This document shows, piece after piece, positions 16,404 to 29,630 of a DNA stretch of 64,000 nt. A program made the position numbers and the translations under genes. Source of the DNA: the human T2T-CHM13v2.0 reference genome, Homo sapiens; NCBI RefSeq assembly GCF_009914755.1, contig NC_060946.1; one strand, 5' to 3'. A model generated the notes under the pieces. That model was given only the letters and a program-made list of their open reading frames with translations, had not been told where the DNA came from and did not search any database. The first letter of the stretch is position 1. Every line of letters starts with the position of its first letter.

Positions 16404-19276
16404 CAAATGTCCACTTGCAGATTCTACAAAAAGAGTTTTTCAAAACTGCTCTATCAAAAGAAAGGTTCAACTGTGTGGGTTGAATGCACACATCACAAAG
16501 AAATTCCTGGAATGCTTCTGTCTAGTTTTAATGTGAAGCTATTCCCGTATCCAACGAAGGCCTCAAAGCAGTCCACATATCCACTTGCAGAGTCTGCAAA
16601 AAGAGTGTTTCAAAACTGCTGTATTAAAAGAAATGTTCAATTCTGAGAGTTGAATGCACACATCACAAGGAAGTTTCTGAGAATGCTGTTGTCTAGTATT
16701 TATGTGAAGATATTCCTTTTCCAACGAAGGCCTCTACATGTTCCAAATATCCACTTGCAGATTCTCCTGAAAGAGTGTTTCAAAAATTCCCTATGATAAA
16801 GTATGTCCAACTCTGTGAGTTGAATGCAAACATTACAAAGAAGTTTCTGAGAATGCTTCTTTCTAATTTTTAAGTGAAGATATTCCCTTTTCCACCATAG
16901 GCCCCAAAGGTCTCCAAATGTCCACATTCAGATTCTGCAAAAAGAGTGTTTCAAACTTGCTCTATCAAAAGAAAGGTTCAGCTCTGTGAGTTGAATGCAC
17001 AGATCACAAAGAAGTTTCAGAGAATGCTTCTCTCCAATTTTTATGACATGATATTCCCATTTCCAAATAACGTCTCAAAGCGTTGTCCAAATATCCACTT
17101 GAAGATTCTACACGAAGAGTGTTTCAAATCTTCTCTATCACAAGAAAAGTTCAACTCTAAGAGTTGAATGTACGCATCACAAAGAAGTTTCTGAGAGTGC
17201 TGCTTTCTAGTTTTTATGTGAAGATATTCCCGTTTCCAAAGAAGGCCTCAAAGATTTCCAAATATCCACTTGCAGATTCTACTAAAAGATTGTTTAAAAA
17301 CTGCTCTATCATAAGGTATGTTCAAGTCTGTGAGTTGAAGGCAGACATCACAAAGAAGTTTCTGAGAATGCCTCTGTCTAGTTTTTATGGGTAGATATTT
17401 CCTTTTCCACCATAGACCTTAAAGCGCTCCAAATGTCCACTTGCAGATTCGACAAAAAGAATTTTTCAAACCTGTTCTAAAAAAAGAAGTGTTCAGCTCT
17501 GTGAGTTGAATGCACACAGCACAAAGAAGTTTCTGAGAAAGCTTCTGTCTAGCGATTATGTGAAGATATTCCCGTTTCCAATGAAGGCCTCAAAGCTTTC
17601 CAAATATCCATTTGCAAGTTCTACCAAAAGAGTATTTCAAAACTGCAGTATGATAAAGTATGTTCAACTCTATGAGTTGAAGGAAAACATCACAAAGAAC
17701 ATTCTGAGAATGCTTCTCTCTAGTTTTTATGGGAAGATATTTCCTTTTCCACCATAAACCTCAAAGCGTTCCAAATGTCCATTTGCCGATGCTAGAAAAA
17801 GAGTGTTTCCAAACTGCTCTATCAAAAGAAAGGTTCAACTCTGTGAATTGAATGCACACATCACAAAGAAGTTTCTGAGAATGCTCTGTCTAGTTTTTAT
17901 GAGAAGATATTCCCGTTTCCAATGATGGCCTCAAAGCTCTCCAAATGTGCACTTGCAGATTCTTCAAAAAGTGTGTTTCAAAACTGCTCTATCAAAAGAA
18001 AAGTTCAACTTTGTGAGTTGAATGCCCACATCACAAACAAGTTTCTTAGGATGTTTCTGTCTAGTGTTTATGTGAAGATATTCCCGTTTCCAGTGAAGGC
18101 CTCAAAGAAGTCCAAATATACAATTGCAGATTCTACAAAAAGAGCTTTTCAAAACTGCTCTATGAAAATTTATGTTCTACTCTTTGAGATGAATGCAAAC
18201 ATCACAAAAAAGTTTCTGAGAATTCTTCTGTCTCATTTTTATATAAAAATATTTCCTTTTCCACCATTGGCCTCAAACCTCTCCAAATGTCCAAATACAG
18301 ATTCTACAAAAAGAGTGTTTAAAACCTGCTCTATCAAAAGAAGGGATCAACTCTGTGAGATAAATGAATATATCACAAAGAAGTTTCTGAGAATGATTCT
18401 GTCTAGTGTTTATGTGAAGATATTCCCGTTTCCAATGAAGGCCTCAAAGTGGTCCAAATATGCACTTGCAGACCCTAAAAAAAGAGTGATTCAAAACTGC
18501 TCTATCAAAAGAAAAGTTCAACTTTGTGAGTTGAATTTACACATCACAAAGAAGTTTCTGAGAATGCTGCTATCTACTTTTTATGTGAAGATATTCCCGT
18601 TTCCAAAGAAGGCCTCAAACAGTTTGAAATATCCACTTGCAGATTCTACTAAAAGATTGTTTCAAAACTGCTCTCATAAGGAATGTTCAACTCTGTGAGT
18701 TGAAAGCAAACATCACAAAGAAGTTTCTGAGAATGCTTCTGTCTAGTATTTATATGAAGATATTCCCATTTCCAATGAAGGCCCCAAAGCATTCCAAGTC
18801 TCCACTTGCAGATTCTACTAAAAGAGTGTTTCCAAATTGCTCTATGATAAGGTAGGTTCAACTCCGTGAGTTGAATGCAAACATCACAAAGAAGTTTCTG
18901 AGAATGCTTCTGTCTAGTTTTCATGTGAAGATATTTTCTTTTCCACCATAGGCCTTAAATCACTCCAAATGTCCAATTGCAGATTCTACAAAAAGAGTGT
19001 GTCAAACCTGCTCTATCAAAAAAAGGTTCAACTCTCTGAGTTTAATGCACACAGCATGAAGAAGTTTCTGAGAAAGCTTCTGCCTATTGATTATGTGAAG
19101 TTATTACCGTTTCCAAAGAAGGCCTCAAAGCGTTCCAAATATCTGCTTGCAGATTCTACTAAAAGAGTGCTTCAAACCTGCTCTATCAAAAGAAAGGTTG
19201 AGCTCCGTGAGTTGAATGCACACATCACAAAGAAGTTTCGGAGAATGCTTTGTCTAGATTTTATGTGAATATATTT

Positions 19277-20660
19277 CTTTTCCACCATAGGCTTCAAACC
19301 TCTCCAAATGTCCACATACAGATTCTACAAAAAGAGTGTTTCAAAACTGCTCTATCAAAAGAAAGGTTCAACTCTGTGGGTTGAATGCACACATCACAAA
19401 GAAGTTTCTGGGAATGCTTCTGTCTAGTTTTTATGTGAAGCTATTCCCGTATCCAACGAAGGCCTCAAGGCAGTCCACATATCCACTTGCAGATCCTGCA
19501 AAAAGAGTGTTTCAAAACTGCTCTATCAAAGGAAATGTTCAATTCTGTGAGTTGAATGTTCACATCACAAAGAAGTTTCTGAGAATGCTGCTGTCTAGTA
19601 TTTATGTGAAAATATTCCCGTTTCCAACGAAGGCCTCTACACGTTCCAAATATCCACTTGCAGATTATCCTGAGAGTGTTTCAAAAATGCCCTATAACAA
19701 AGTATGTCCAACTCTGTGAGTTGAATGCAAACATCACAAAGAAGTTTCTGAGAATGCTTCTGTCTAGTTTTTATGGGAAGATATTTCCTTTTCCACCATA
19801 GGCCTCAAAGCTCTCCAAATGTCCACATGCAGATTCTGCGAAAATAGTGTTGCTAACCTGCTCTATCAAAAGAAAGGTTCAGCTCTGTGAGTTGAATGCA
19901 CACATCGCAAAGAAGTTTCTGAGAATGCTTCTCTCCAGTATTTTGTGAAGATATTTCCTTTTCCACCATAGGCTTCAAACCTCTCCAAATGTCCACATAC
20001 AGATTCTACAAAAAGAGTGTTTCAAAACTGCTCTATCAAAAGAAAGGTTCAACTCTGTGGGTTGAATGCACACATCACAAAGAAGTTTCTGGGAATGCTT
20101 CTGTCTAGTTTTTATGTGAAGCTATTCCCGTATCCAACGAAGGCCTCAAGGCAGTCCACATATCCACTTGCAGATCCTGCAAAAAGAGTGTTTCAAAACT
20201 GCTCTATCAAAGGAAATGTTCAATTCTGTGAGTTGAATGTTCACATCACAAAGAAGTTTCTGAGAATGCTGCTGTCTAGTATTTATGTGAAAATATTCCC
20301 GTTTCCAACGAAGGCCTCTACACGTTCCAAATATCCACTTGCAGATTATCCTGAGAGTGTTTCAAAAATGCCCTATAACAAAGTATGTCCAACTCTGTGA
20401 GTTGAATGCAAACATCACAAAGAAGTTTCTGAGAATGCTTCTGTCTAGTTTTTATGGGAAGATATTTCCTTTTCCACCATAGGCCTCAAAGCTCTCCAAA
20501 TGTCCACATGCAGATTCTGCGAAAATAGTGTTGCTAACCTGCTCTATCAAAAGAAAGGTTCAGCTCTGTGAGTTGAATGCACACATCGCAAAGAAGTTTC
20601 TGAGAATGCTTCTCTCCAGTATTTTGTGAAGATATTTCCTTTTCCACCATAGGCTTCAAA
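19277..20660. repeat. Recent tandem duplication, 2 x 681 bp (4 monomers)
   Basis: Identical ORFs at 19336-19719 and 20017-20400. By eye the sequence is identical at offset 681 from 19277/19958 to 19979/20660. Confidence 0.93.
19616..19632 (-). promoter_or_regulatory. Intact CENP-B box on the minus strand (example of many in the SF5-like layer)
   Basis: TCCCGTTTCCAACGAAG is the reverse complement of CTTCGTTGGAAACGGGA. Confidence 0.9.
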
Positions 20661-23600
20661 GCTCTCCAAATATCCACTTGTGGATTCTACAACAAGAGTG
20701 TTTCAAATCTGCTCTATCAAAAGAAAAGTTCAACTCTGTGAGTTGAATGCGCACATCACAAAGATGTTTCTGAGAATGATTATGTCTAGTGTTCATGTGA
20801 AGATATTCCCGTTTCCAATGAAGTCCTCAAAGCTGTCTAAATATCCACTTGCAGATTCTACAAAAAGAGTATTTCAAAACTGCTCTATCAAAAGAAAGGT
20901 TCAACTCTGTGGTTGAATGTACTCATGACAAACAAGTTTCTGAGAATTCTGTTGTCTAATTTTTATGTGGATATATTAACGTTTCCAAGAAGGCCTCAAA
21001 GCTTTCCAATTATCCTCTTGCAGATTCTACTAAAAGACTGTATGAAAACTGCTCTATGATAAGGTATGTTCAGCTCTGTGAGTTGAAAGTATACTTCCCA
21101 GAGAAGTTTCTGAGAATGCTTCTTTCTAGTGTTAGTGTGAAAATAATCCCGTTTCCAACAAAGGCCACAAAGCTGTCCAAATATCCACTTGCAGATACTA
21201 CAAAAATAGTGTTTCAAATCTGCTCTATCATATGATATGTTCAGCTCTGTGAGTTGAAGGCAAACATCACAAAGAAGTTTTTGAGAACTCTTCTGTCTCG
21301 TTTTTATATAAAGATATTTCCTTTTGCACCATAGGCCTCAAAGCTTTCCAAATGTCCACTTGCAGATTCTACAAAAAGAGTGTTTCAAACTGCTCTATCA
21401 AAAGAAAGTTTCACCTCTGTGGTTGAATGAACACATCACAAAGAAGTTTCTCAGAATGCTGCTGTTTAGTTTTTATATGAAGATATTCCCATTTCCAATG
21501 AAGGCCTTAAAGCGTTCGAAATATCCACTTTCAGATTCTACTAAAAGAGTGTTTCAAAACTGCTCTATGATAAGGTATGTTCAACTCTGTGAGATGAATG
21601 CACACATCACAAAGGATTTTCTGACAATCCTTCTGTGTAGTGTTTATGTGAAGATACTCCCGTTTCCAAAGAAGGCCTCAAAGCAGTTTAAATATCCACT
21701 TGAGATTCTACGAAAAGAGCGTTACAAAACTTCTCTATGAAAACGAAGGTTCAACTCTTTGAATTGAATGCAAACATCACCTAGAAGTTTCTGAGAATGC
21801 TTCTGTCTAGTTTTTATGGGACGATATTTCCTTTTCCACCTTAGGCCTCAAAGCGCTCCAAATATCCACTTGCGGACTCTACAAAAGGAGTGTTTCAAAC
21901 CTCCACTATCAAAAGAAAGGTGCAACTCTGTGGGTTGAATGCACACAGCACAAAGAAGTTTCTGAGAAAGCTTCTGTCTAGTGATTATGTGAAGATATTC
22001 CCGTTTCCAATGATTGCCTCAAAGCGGTCAAAATATCCACTTGCAGATTCTTCTAAAAGAGTGTTTCAAAACTGCTCTATGAAAAAGTACGTTCAACTCT
22101 GTGAGGTGAATGCAAACATCACAAAGAAGTTTCTGAGAATGCTTCTGTCTAGTTTTTATATGAAGATATTTCCTTTTCCACCATAGGCTTCAAAGCACTG
22201 CAAATGTCCACTTGCAGATTCTACAAAAACAGTGCTTCAAACCTGCTCTATCAAAAGAAAGGTCCAACTCTGTGGGTTTAATGCACACATCACAAAGAAG
22301 TTTCTCAGAATGTTTCTCTCTCGTGTTTATGTGAAGATATTTCTGTTTCCTACGAAGGCCTCAAAGCTCTCCAAATATCCACTTGCAGATTCTACGAAAT
22401 GTGTGTTTCAAATCTGCTCTGTGAAAAGGAAGGTGAACTCTTTGAGTTGAATGCAAACATCACAAAGAAGTTTCTGAGAATGCTTCTGTCTAGTTTTTAT
22501 GTTAAGAAATTTCATTTCCCAACATAGGCCTCAGAGCGCTCCAAATGTACACTTGCAGATTCTACAAAATAAGTGTTTCAAACCTGCTCTATCAAAAGAA
22601 AGCTTCAACTCTGTGCGTTTAATGCACACATCAAAAAGAAGTTTCTGAGAATGCTTCTGCCTGTTTTTATGTGAAGAAATTCCCATTTACAAAGAAGGCC
22701 TCAAAGCCTTCCAATTATCCAATTGCAGATACTACTAAAAGAGTGTTTCAAAACTGCTCTATGTTAAGGTATGGTCAACTCTGTGAGTTGAATGCACACA
22801 TCAAAAAGCAGTTTCTGAGAATGCTTCTGTCTAGTGTTTATGTGATGATACTCCCGTTTCCAACGATGGCCTCAAAGTTGTCCAAATATCCCCTTGCAGA
22901 TTCCTCTATAAGAGTGCTTCAAAACTACTCTATGATAAGGTATGTTCAAATCTGTGAGTTGAATGCACACATCACAAAGTAGTTCCTGAGAATGCTTCTG
23001 TCTAGTATTTACCTGAAGCTATTCCCTTTTCCAATGAAGGCCTCAAAGAGGTCCAAATTTCCACTTGCAGATTCTACTAAAACAGTATTTCAAAACTGCT
23101 CTATGATAAAGTCTGTTCAACTCCGTGAGTTGAATGTACACATCACAAAGCAGTTTCTCAGAATGTTTCTGTCTAATTTTTATGTTAAAGTATTTTCTTT
23201 TCAACTTTAGGCCTCAAAGCGATCAAAATGTCCACTTGTAGTTTCTGCAAAAGAGTGTTTCAAACCTTCTCTATCAAAATAAAGGTTAAACTCTGTGAGT
23301 TTAATGCACACATCACAAAGAAGTTTCCGAGAATGCTTTGGTCTAGTTTTTATGTGAAGATACTCGCCTTTCCAACAAAGGCCTGAAAGCGGTTCAATTA
23401 CCCACATGCAGACACTACTAAAAGAGTGTTTCAAAACTGCTCTGTGATAAAGTTTGTTCAACTCTGAGAGTTGAATGCAAACGTCACAAAGAAGTTTCTG
23501 AGAATGCTTCTATGTAGTTTTTATGAGAAGATATTTCATTTTCCACCATTGGAATAGAAGCGCTCCAAATGTCCACTGCAGATCCTGCAAAAAGTGTGTT

Positions 23601-26600
23601 TCAAACCTGCTCTATGAAAAGGAAGGTTCAACTCGGTGAGTTAAGTGCACACATCACAAAGAAGTTTCTGAGAATGTTTCTGTCTAGTTTTTGTGTGAAG
23701 GTATTTCCTTTTCCACCATACGCCTCAAAGCTCTCCAAACGCACACATGCAGATTCTGCAAAAAGAGTGTTTCAAACGTGCTTTCTCAAAATGAAAGTTC
23801 AAGTCTGTGATTGAATGCACACATCACAAAGCAGTTTCGGAGAATGCTGCTGTCTAGTTTTAATGTGAAGGTATTCCTGTTTCTAACGAAGGCCTCAAAT
23901 CGGTCCAAATATCCACTTGCAGATTCTACAAAAAGAGTGTTTCAAAACTGCTCTATGATAAGGAATGTTCAACACTGTGAGTTGAATGCAAGCATCACAA
24001 AGAAGTTTCATAGAATGCTTCTGTTTAGTTTTTATGAGAAGATATTTAATTTTCCACTATAGGCCTCAAAGCACCCCAAATGTCCATTGCAGATTCTGCA
24101 AAAAGAGTGTTTCAAACATGCTCTATCAAAAGAAAGTTTCAACTCTTTGAGTTGAATGCACACATCACAAAGAAGTTTCTGAGAATGCTTCTGTCTAGTG
24201 TTTATGTGAAGATATTCCCGTTTCCAACGAAGGCCTCAAAGTGGTTCAAATATCCACTTGCAGATTCTACAAAAAGAGTGTTTCAAACCTGCTTTATTAA
24301 AGGAAAGCTTCAACTCTGTGAGTTGAATGGACACATCACAAAGAAGTTTCTGAGAATGCTTCTATCTAGTGTTTATTTGCAGATATTCCCATTTCCAATG
24401 AAGGATTCAAAGCGTTCCAAATATCCACTTGCAGATTCTGCAAAAAGAGTGCTTCAAAACTGCTCTATGAAGAGGTATGTACAACCCTGTGATTTGAAAG
24501 CAAACATCACAAAGTAGTTCCTTAGAATTCTTCTGTCTGGTTTTTATATAATGATACTTCCTTTCCCACCATAGGCCTCAAAGCTCGCTTTATGTCCACT
24601 TGAAGCTTCTACAAAAAGAGGGTTTCAAACCTGCTGTATGAAAAGAAAGGTTCAACTCTGTGAGTTGAATGCACACATCATAAAGAAGGTCCTGAGAATG
24701 CTTCTGTCTAGTGTTTATGTGAAGATAATCCCGTTTCCAATGAAGGCCTCAAAGCAGTGCAAATATCCACTTGCAGATTCTACTAAAAGAGTGTTTCAAA
24801 AGTGCTCTATGATAAGGTATGTTCAAATCTGTGAAATGAATGCACACATCATAAGAAATTTCTGAGAATGCTTCTGTCTAGTTTTTATAGGAAGATATTT
24901 CCTTTTCCACCATAGGCCTCAAAGCGCTCCAAATGTCCACTTGCAGATTCTACTAAAAGAGTGTTTCAAACCTGCTCTATGAAAAGAAAGGTTCAAATCT
25001 GTGAGTTGAATGCACACAGTACAAAAAAGTTTTTGAGAAAGCTTCTGTCTAGTGATTATGTGAAGATATTCCCGTTTCCAATGAAGGCCTCAAAGCAGTG
25101 CAAATATCCACTTGCAGATTCTACTAAAAGAGTGTTTCAAAAGTGCTCTATGAAAAAGTGTGTTCAACTCTATGAGTTGAATGCAAACATCACAATGTAG
25201 TTCCTTAGAATTCTTCTGTCTGGTTTTCATTTAAAGATATTTCCTTTTCCACCATAGGCCTCATAGCTCTAAAAATGTCCAGTGCCGATTATACAAAAAG
25301 AGTGTTTCAAACCTGCTCTATCAAAAGAATGATTCAACTCTGTGACTTGAACGCACACATCACAAAGAAGTTTCAGAGAGTGCTTTTGTCTAGTGTTTAT
25401 GTGAAGATATTCCCATTTCCAACGAAGGCCTCGAAGTGGTCCAAATATACATTTCCAGATTCTACAAAAAGAGTGTTTCAAAACTGCTCTATCAAAAGAA
25501 AGGTTCAACTCTGTGAGTAGAATGCACGCATTACAAAGAAGTTTCTGAGAATGCTTCTCTCTAGTTTTTATGTGAAGATATTTACTTTTCCACCATAGGC
25601 CTCAATGCTCTCCAAATGTCCATTGCAGATTCTACAAAAAGAGTGTTTCAAACATGCTCTATCAAAAGAAAGTTTCAACTCTTTGAGTTGAATGCACACA
25701 TCACAAAGAAGTTTCTGAGAATGCTTCTGCCTGTTTTTGTGTAAACATATTCCCGTTTCCAACAAAGGCCTCAAGCATTCCAAATATCCACTTGCATATT
25801 CTACGAAAAGAGTGTTTCAAAACTCCTCTATGAAAAGGTATCTTCAACTCTGTGAGTTGAATGCAAACATTGCAAAGAATTTTCTGAGAATTCTTTTGTC
25901 TAATATTTATATGAAGGTATAACCTTTTCCACCATAGGCCTCAAAGCTCTCCAAATGTCAACTTGCAGATTGTACAAAAAGGGTGTTTCAAAGCTGCTCT
26001 ATCAAAAGAAAGGTTCAACTCTTTGAGTTTAATGCATGCATGACAAAGAAGTTTTTGAGAATGCTTCTGTCTAGTGTTTATGTGAAGATATTCCCGTTTC
26101 CAACGAAGGCCTCATTGTGGTCCAAATATCCACTTGCAGATTCTATAAAAAGAGTGCCTCAAAACTGCTCCATGGAAAGGTATTTTTAACTCTGTGAGTT
26201 GAATGCAAACATCACAAAGACGTTTCTGAGAATGATTCTGTCTAGTTTTTGTGTGAAGATATTTCCTTTTCCACCATAAGCCTCAAAGCTCTCCAAATGT
26301 CCACTTGCAGATTCTACAAAAAGAGTGTTTCATACCTGCTCTATGAAAAGAGAGGTTCAACTCTGTGAGTTGAATGCACACATCACAAAGAAGTTTCTGA
26401 GAACGCTTCTCTCTAGTTTTTATGTGAAGATACTTCCTTTTCCACCACAGGCGTCAAAGCTCTCCAAATGTCCATTTCAGATTCTACAAAATGAATGTTT
26501 CAAACCTGCTCTATCAAAAGAAAGGTTCAACTCTGTGAGTTGAACGCACACACCACAAATAAGTTTATGAGAATGCTTCTGTCTAGTTTTTATGTGACGA

Positions 26601-29600
26601 TATATCCTTTTCCACCATAGGCCTCAAAGAGCTCCAAATGTCCACTTGCAGGTCCTGCAAAAAGAGTGTTTCAACCCTGCTCTATGAAAAGAAAGGTTCA
26701 ACTCTGTGAGTAGAATGCACACATCACAAATTAGTTTCTGAGAATGCTTCTGTCTAGTTTTTATGTGAAGATATTCCCGTTTACAACGAAGGCCTCAAAG
26801 CGGTCCAAATATCCACTTGCAGATTCTATGAAAAGAGTGTTTCAAAACAGCTCTATGACAAGGGAGGTTCAGCTCTGTGAGTTGAATGCAAACATCACAA
26901 AGAAGTTTCTGACAATGCTTCTGTCTAGTTTTTATTTATAGATATTTCCTTTTCCACCATAGGCCTCAAAGCTCTCCAAATGTCTGCTTCCAAATTCTAC
27001 CAAAAAAGTGTTTCAAACCTGCTATATCAAAAGACAGGTTCAATTCTGTGAGTGGAATGCACACATCACAAAGAAGTTTCTGAGAATGATTCTGCCTACT
27101 GTTTATGTGAAGATTTCCCCTTTTCCAACAAAGGCCTCAAAGCAGTCCAAATTTCCACTTGCAGATTCTAGAAAAAGTGTTTACAAACTGCTCATGAAAA
27201 AGTATGTTCGAATCTGTGAGTTGAATAAAAACATCACAAAGAAGTTTCTGAGAATGTTTCTGTCTAATTTTTGTGTGAAGATATTTCTTTTTCCACCATA
27301 GGCCTCAAAGCTCTCCAAATGTACACTTGCAGATTCTACAAAAAGAGTATTTCAAAACTGCTGTATCAAAAGAAATGTTCAACTCTTTGTGTTGAATGAA
27401 CACCTCACAATGTTGTTTCTGAGAATGCTTCTGTCTAGTTTTTATGAGAAGATAATTCCTTTTCCACCATAGGCCTCAAATCTCTCCAAATGTCCACTTG
27501 CAGATTCTACAAAAAGAGTGTTTCAAACCTGCTCTATTAAAAGAAAGGTTCAAATCTTTATTTTGAATACACACATCACAAAGAAGTTTCTGAGAATGTA
27601 TCTGTCTAGTTTTTATGTGAAGATATTCCCGTTTCCAATGAAGGCCTCAAAGCGGTCCAAATATCCACTTGCAGATTCTACTAAAAGAGTGCTTCGAAAC
27701 TGTTCTATGATAAAGTATGTTCAACTCAGTAAGTTGAATGCACACATCACAAAGAAGTTTCTGAGAATGCTTCTGTCTAGTTTTTATATGAAGATATTCG
27801 CTTTTAAAATGAAGGCCTCAAAGGAGTCCAAATATCCACTTGTAGAGTCTACAAAATGAGTGTTTCAAAACTGCTCTATGAAAACGGATTTTCAACTCTG
27901 TGAGTTGAATGCAAACATCACAAAGATGTTTCTGAGAATGGTTCTGTCTAGTTTTTATGTGACGATATTTCCTATTCCACCAGAGGCCTCAAAGCGTTCC
28001 AATTGTCGAGTTGCAGATTCTACAAAAAGAGTGTTTCATATCTGCTCTATGAAATAAAGTTAACTCTGTGAGTTGAATGCACACATCACAAAGAAGTTTC
28101 TGAGAATGCTTCTATCTAGTGTTTATTTGCAGATATTCCCGTTTCCAATGAAGGCTTCAAAGCGTTCCAAATATCCACTTGCAGATTCTGCAAAAAGAGT
28201 GCTTCAAAACTGCTCTATGATAAAGTATGTTCAACTCTGTGAGTTGAATGCAAACCTCACAAACTAGTTTCTGAGAATGCTTCTGTCTAGTTTTTATGTG
28301 AAGATATTCCCGTTTCCAATGAAGTCCTGAAATCTATTCAAATATCAACTTGCAGCTTATACATAAAGAGTGTTTCAAAACTGCTCCATTAAAAGTTATG
28401 TTCAACTCTGTGTGTTGAATGCAAACATCACAATGTAGTTTCTGAGAATGCTGCTGTCTACTTTTTATGTGATGATATTTCCTTTTGAACCATAGGCTTC
28501 AAAGCTCTCAAAATATCGAATTGCAGATCCTACAAAAAGAGTGTTTCAAACCTGCTCTATCAAAAGAAAGGTTAAACTCTGAGTTGAATGCACACATTAC
28601 AAGGAGAGTCTGAGAATCCTTCTGTCTACTGTTTGTGTGGAGATATTCCCGTTTCCAACGAAAGCCTCAAAGCGGTCCAAATATCCACTTGCAGATTCTA
28701 CAAAAAGAGTGTTTCAAAACTGCTCTAGGACAAGGTATGTTCAACTCTGTGTGTTGAATGCAACCACTGCAAAGAGTTTTCTGAGAATGCTTCTGTCTAG
28801 TTTTTATGTGAAGTTATTTCCTTTTCCACCATTGGCCTCCAAGCGCTGCAAATGTCCACTTGCAGATTCTACAAAAAGAGTGTTTCAAACCTACTCTATC
28901 AAAAGAAAGGTTCAACTCTCTGAGTTGAATGCACACATCACAAAGAAGTTTCTGAGAATGCTTCTGTCTAGTTTTTATGTAAAAATATTTCCATTTCCAC
29001 AGTAGGCCTCAGTGTGTTCCAAATGTCCACTTGCAGATTATACAAAAACAGTGTCTCAAAACTGCTCTCTCAAAAAGAAGGTTCAACTCTGTGAATTGAA
29101 TGCACACATCGCAAAGAAGTTTCTGAGAATGCTTCTGTCTAGTGTTTATGTGAAGGTATTCCTGTTTCCACCGAAGGCCTCAAAGCATTCCAAATATCCA
29201 ATTGCAGATTCTACAAAAAGTGTTTTTCAAAACTGTTCTGTCAAGAGAAATGGTGAACTCGGTGAGTTGAATGCACAAATCACAAAGAAGTTTCTGAGAA
29301 TGCTTCTGTCTAGTTTTTGTGTGAAGATATTTCCTTTTCCAACATAGGCCTCAAAGCAGTCCAAATATCCACTTGCAGATAGTACAAAAATAGTGTTGCA
29401 AAACTGCTCTGTCTAAAGGAATGTTCAACTCTTGGAGTTGAATGCACACATCACAAAATAGTTTCTGTGAATGCTTCTATCTAGTTTCTATATGAACATA
29501 TTTCCTTTTCTACCATAGGCCTCAAAGCGCTCCAAATATCCACCTGCAGATTCTACAAAAAGAGTGTTTCAAAACTGCTCTACCAAAAGGAAGTTTCAAC

Positions 29601-29630
29601 TCTCTGAGTTTAATGCACACAGCACAAAGA

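Larger units (their letters stand above)
16402..29630 (-). repeat. Alpha satellite, SF5 (R1/R2)-like, irregular A/B monomers
   Basis: Reverse monomers with B-type TCCCGTTTCCAA(C/T)GAAG and A-type TTCCTTTTCCACCATAGG, CTGCTCTAT and TTCTGAGAATG. No regular higher-order repeat (HOR) seen. Confidence 0.93.
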
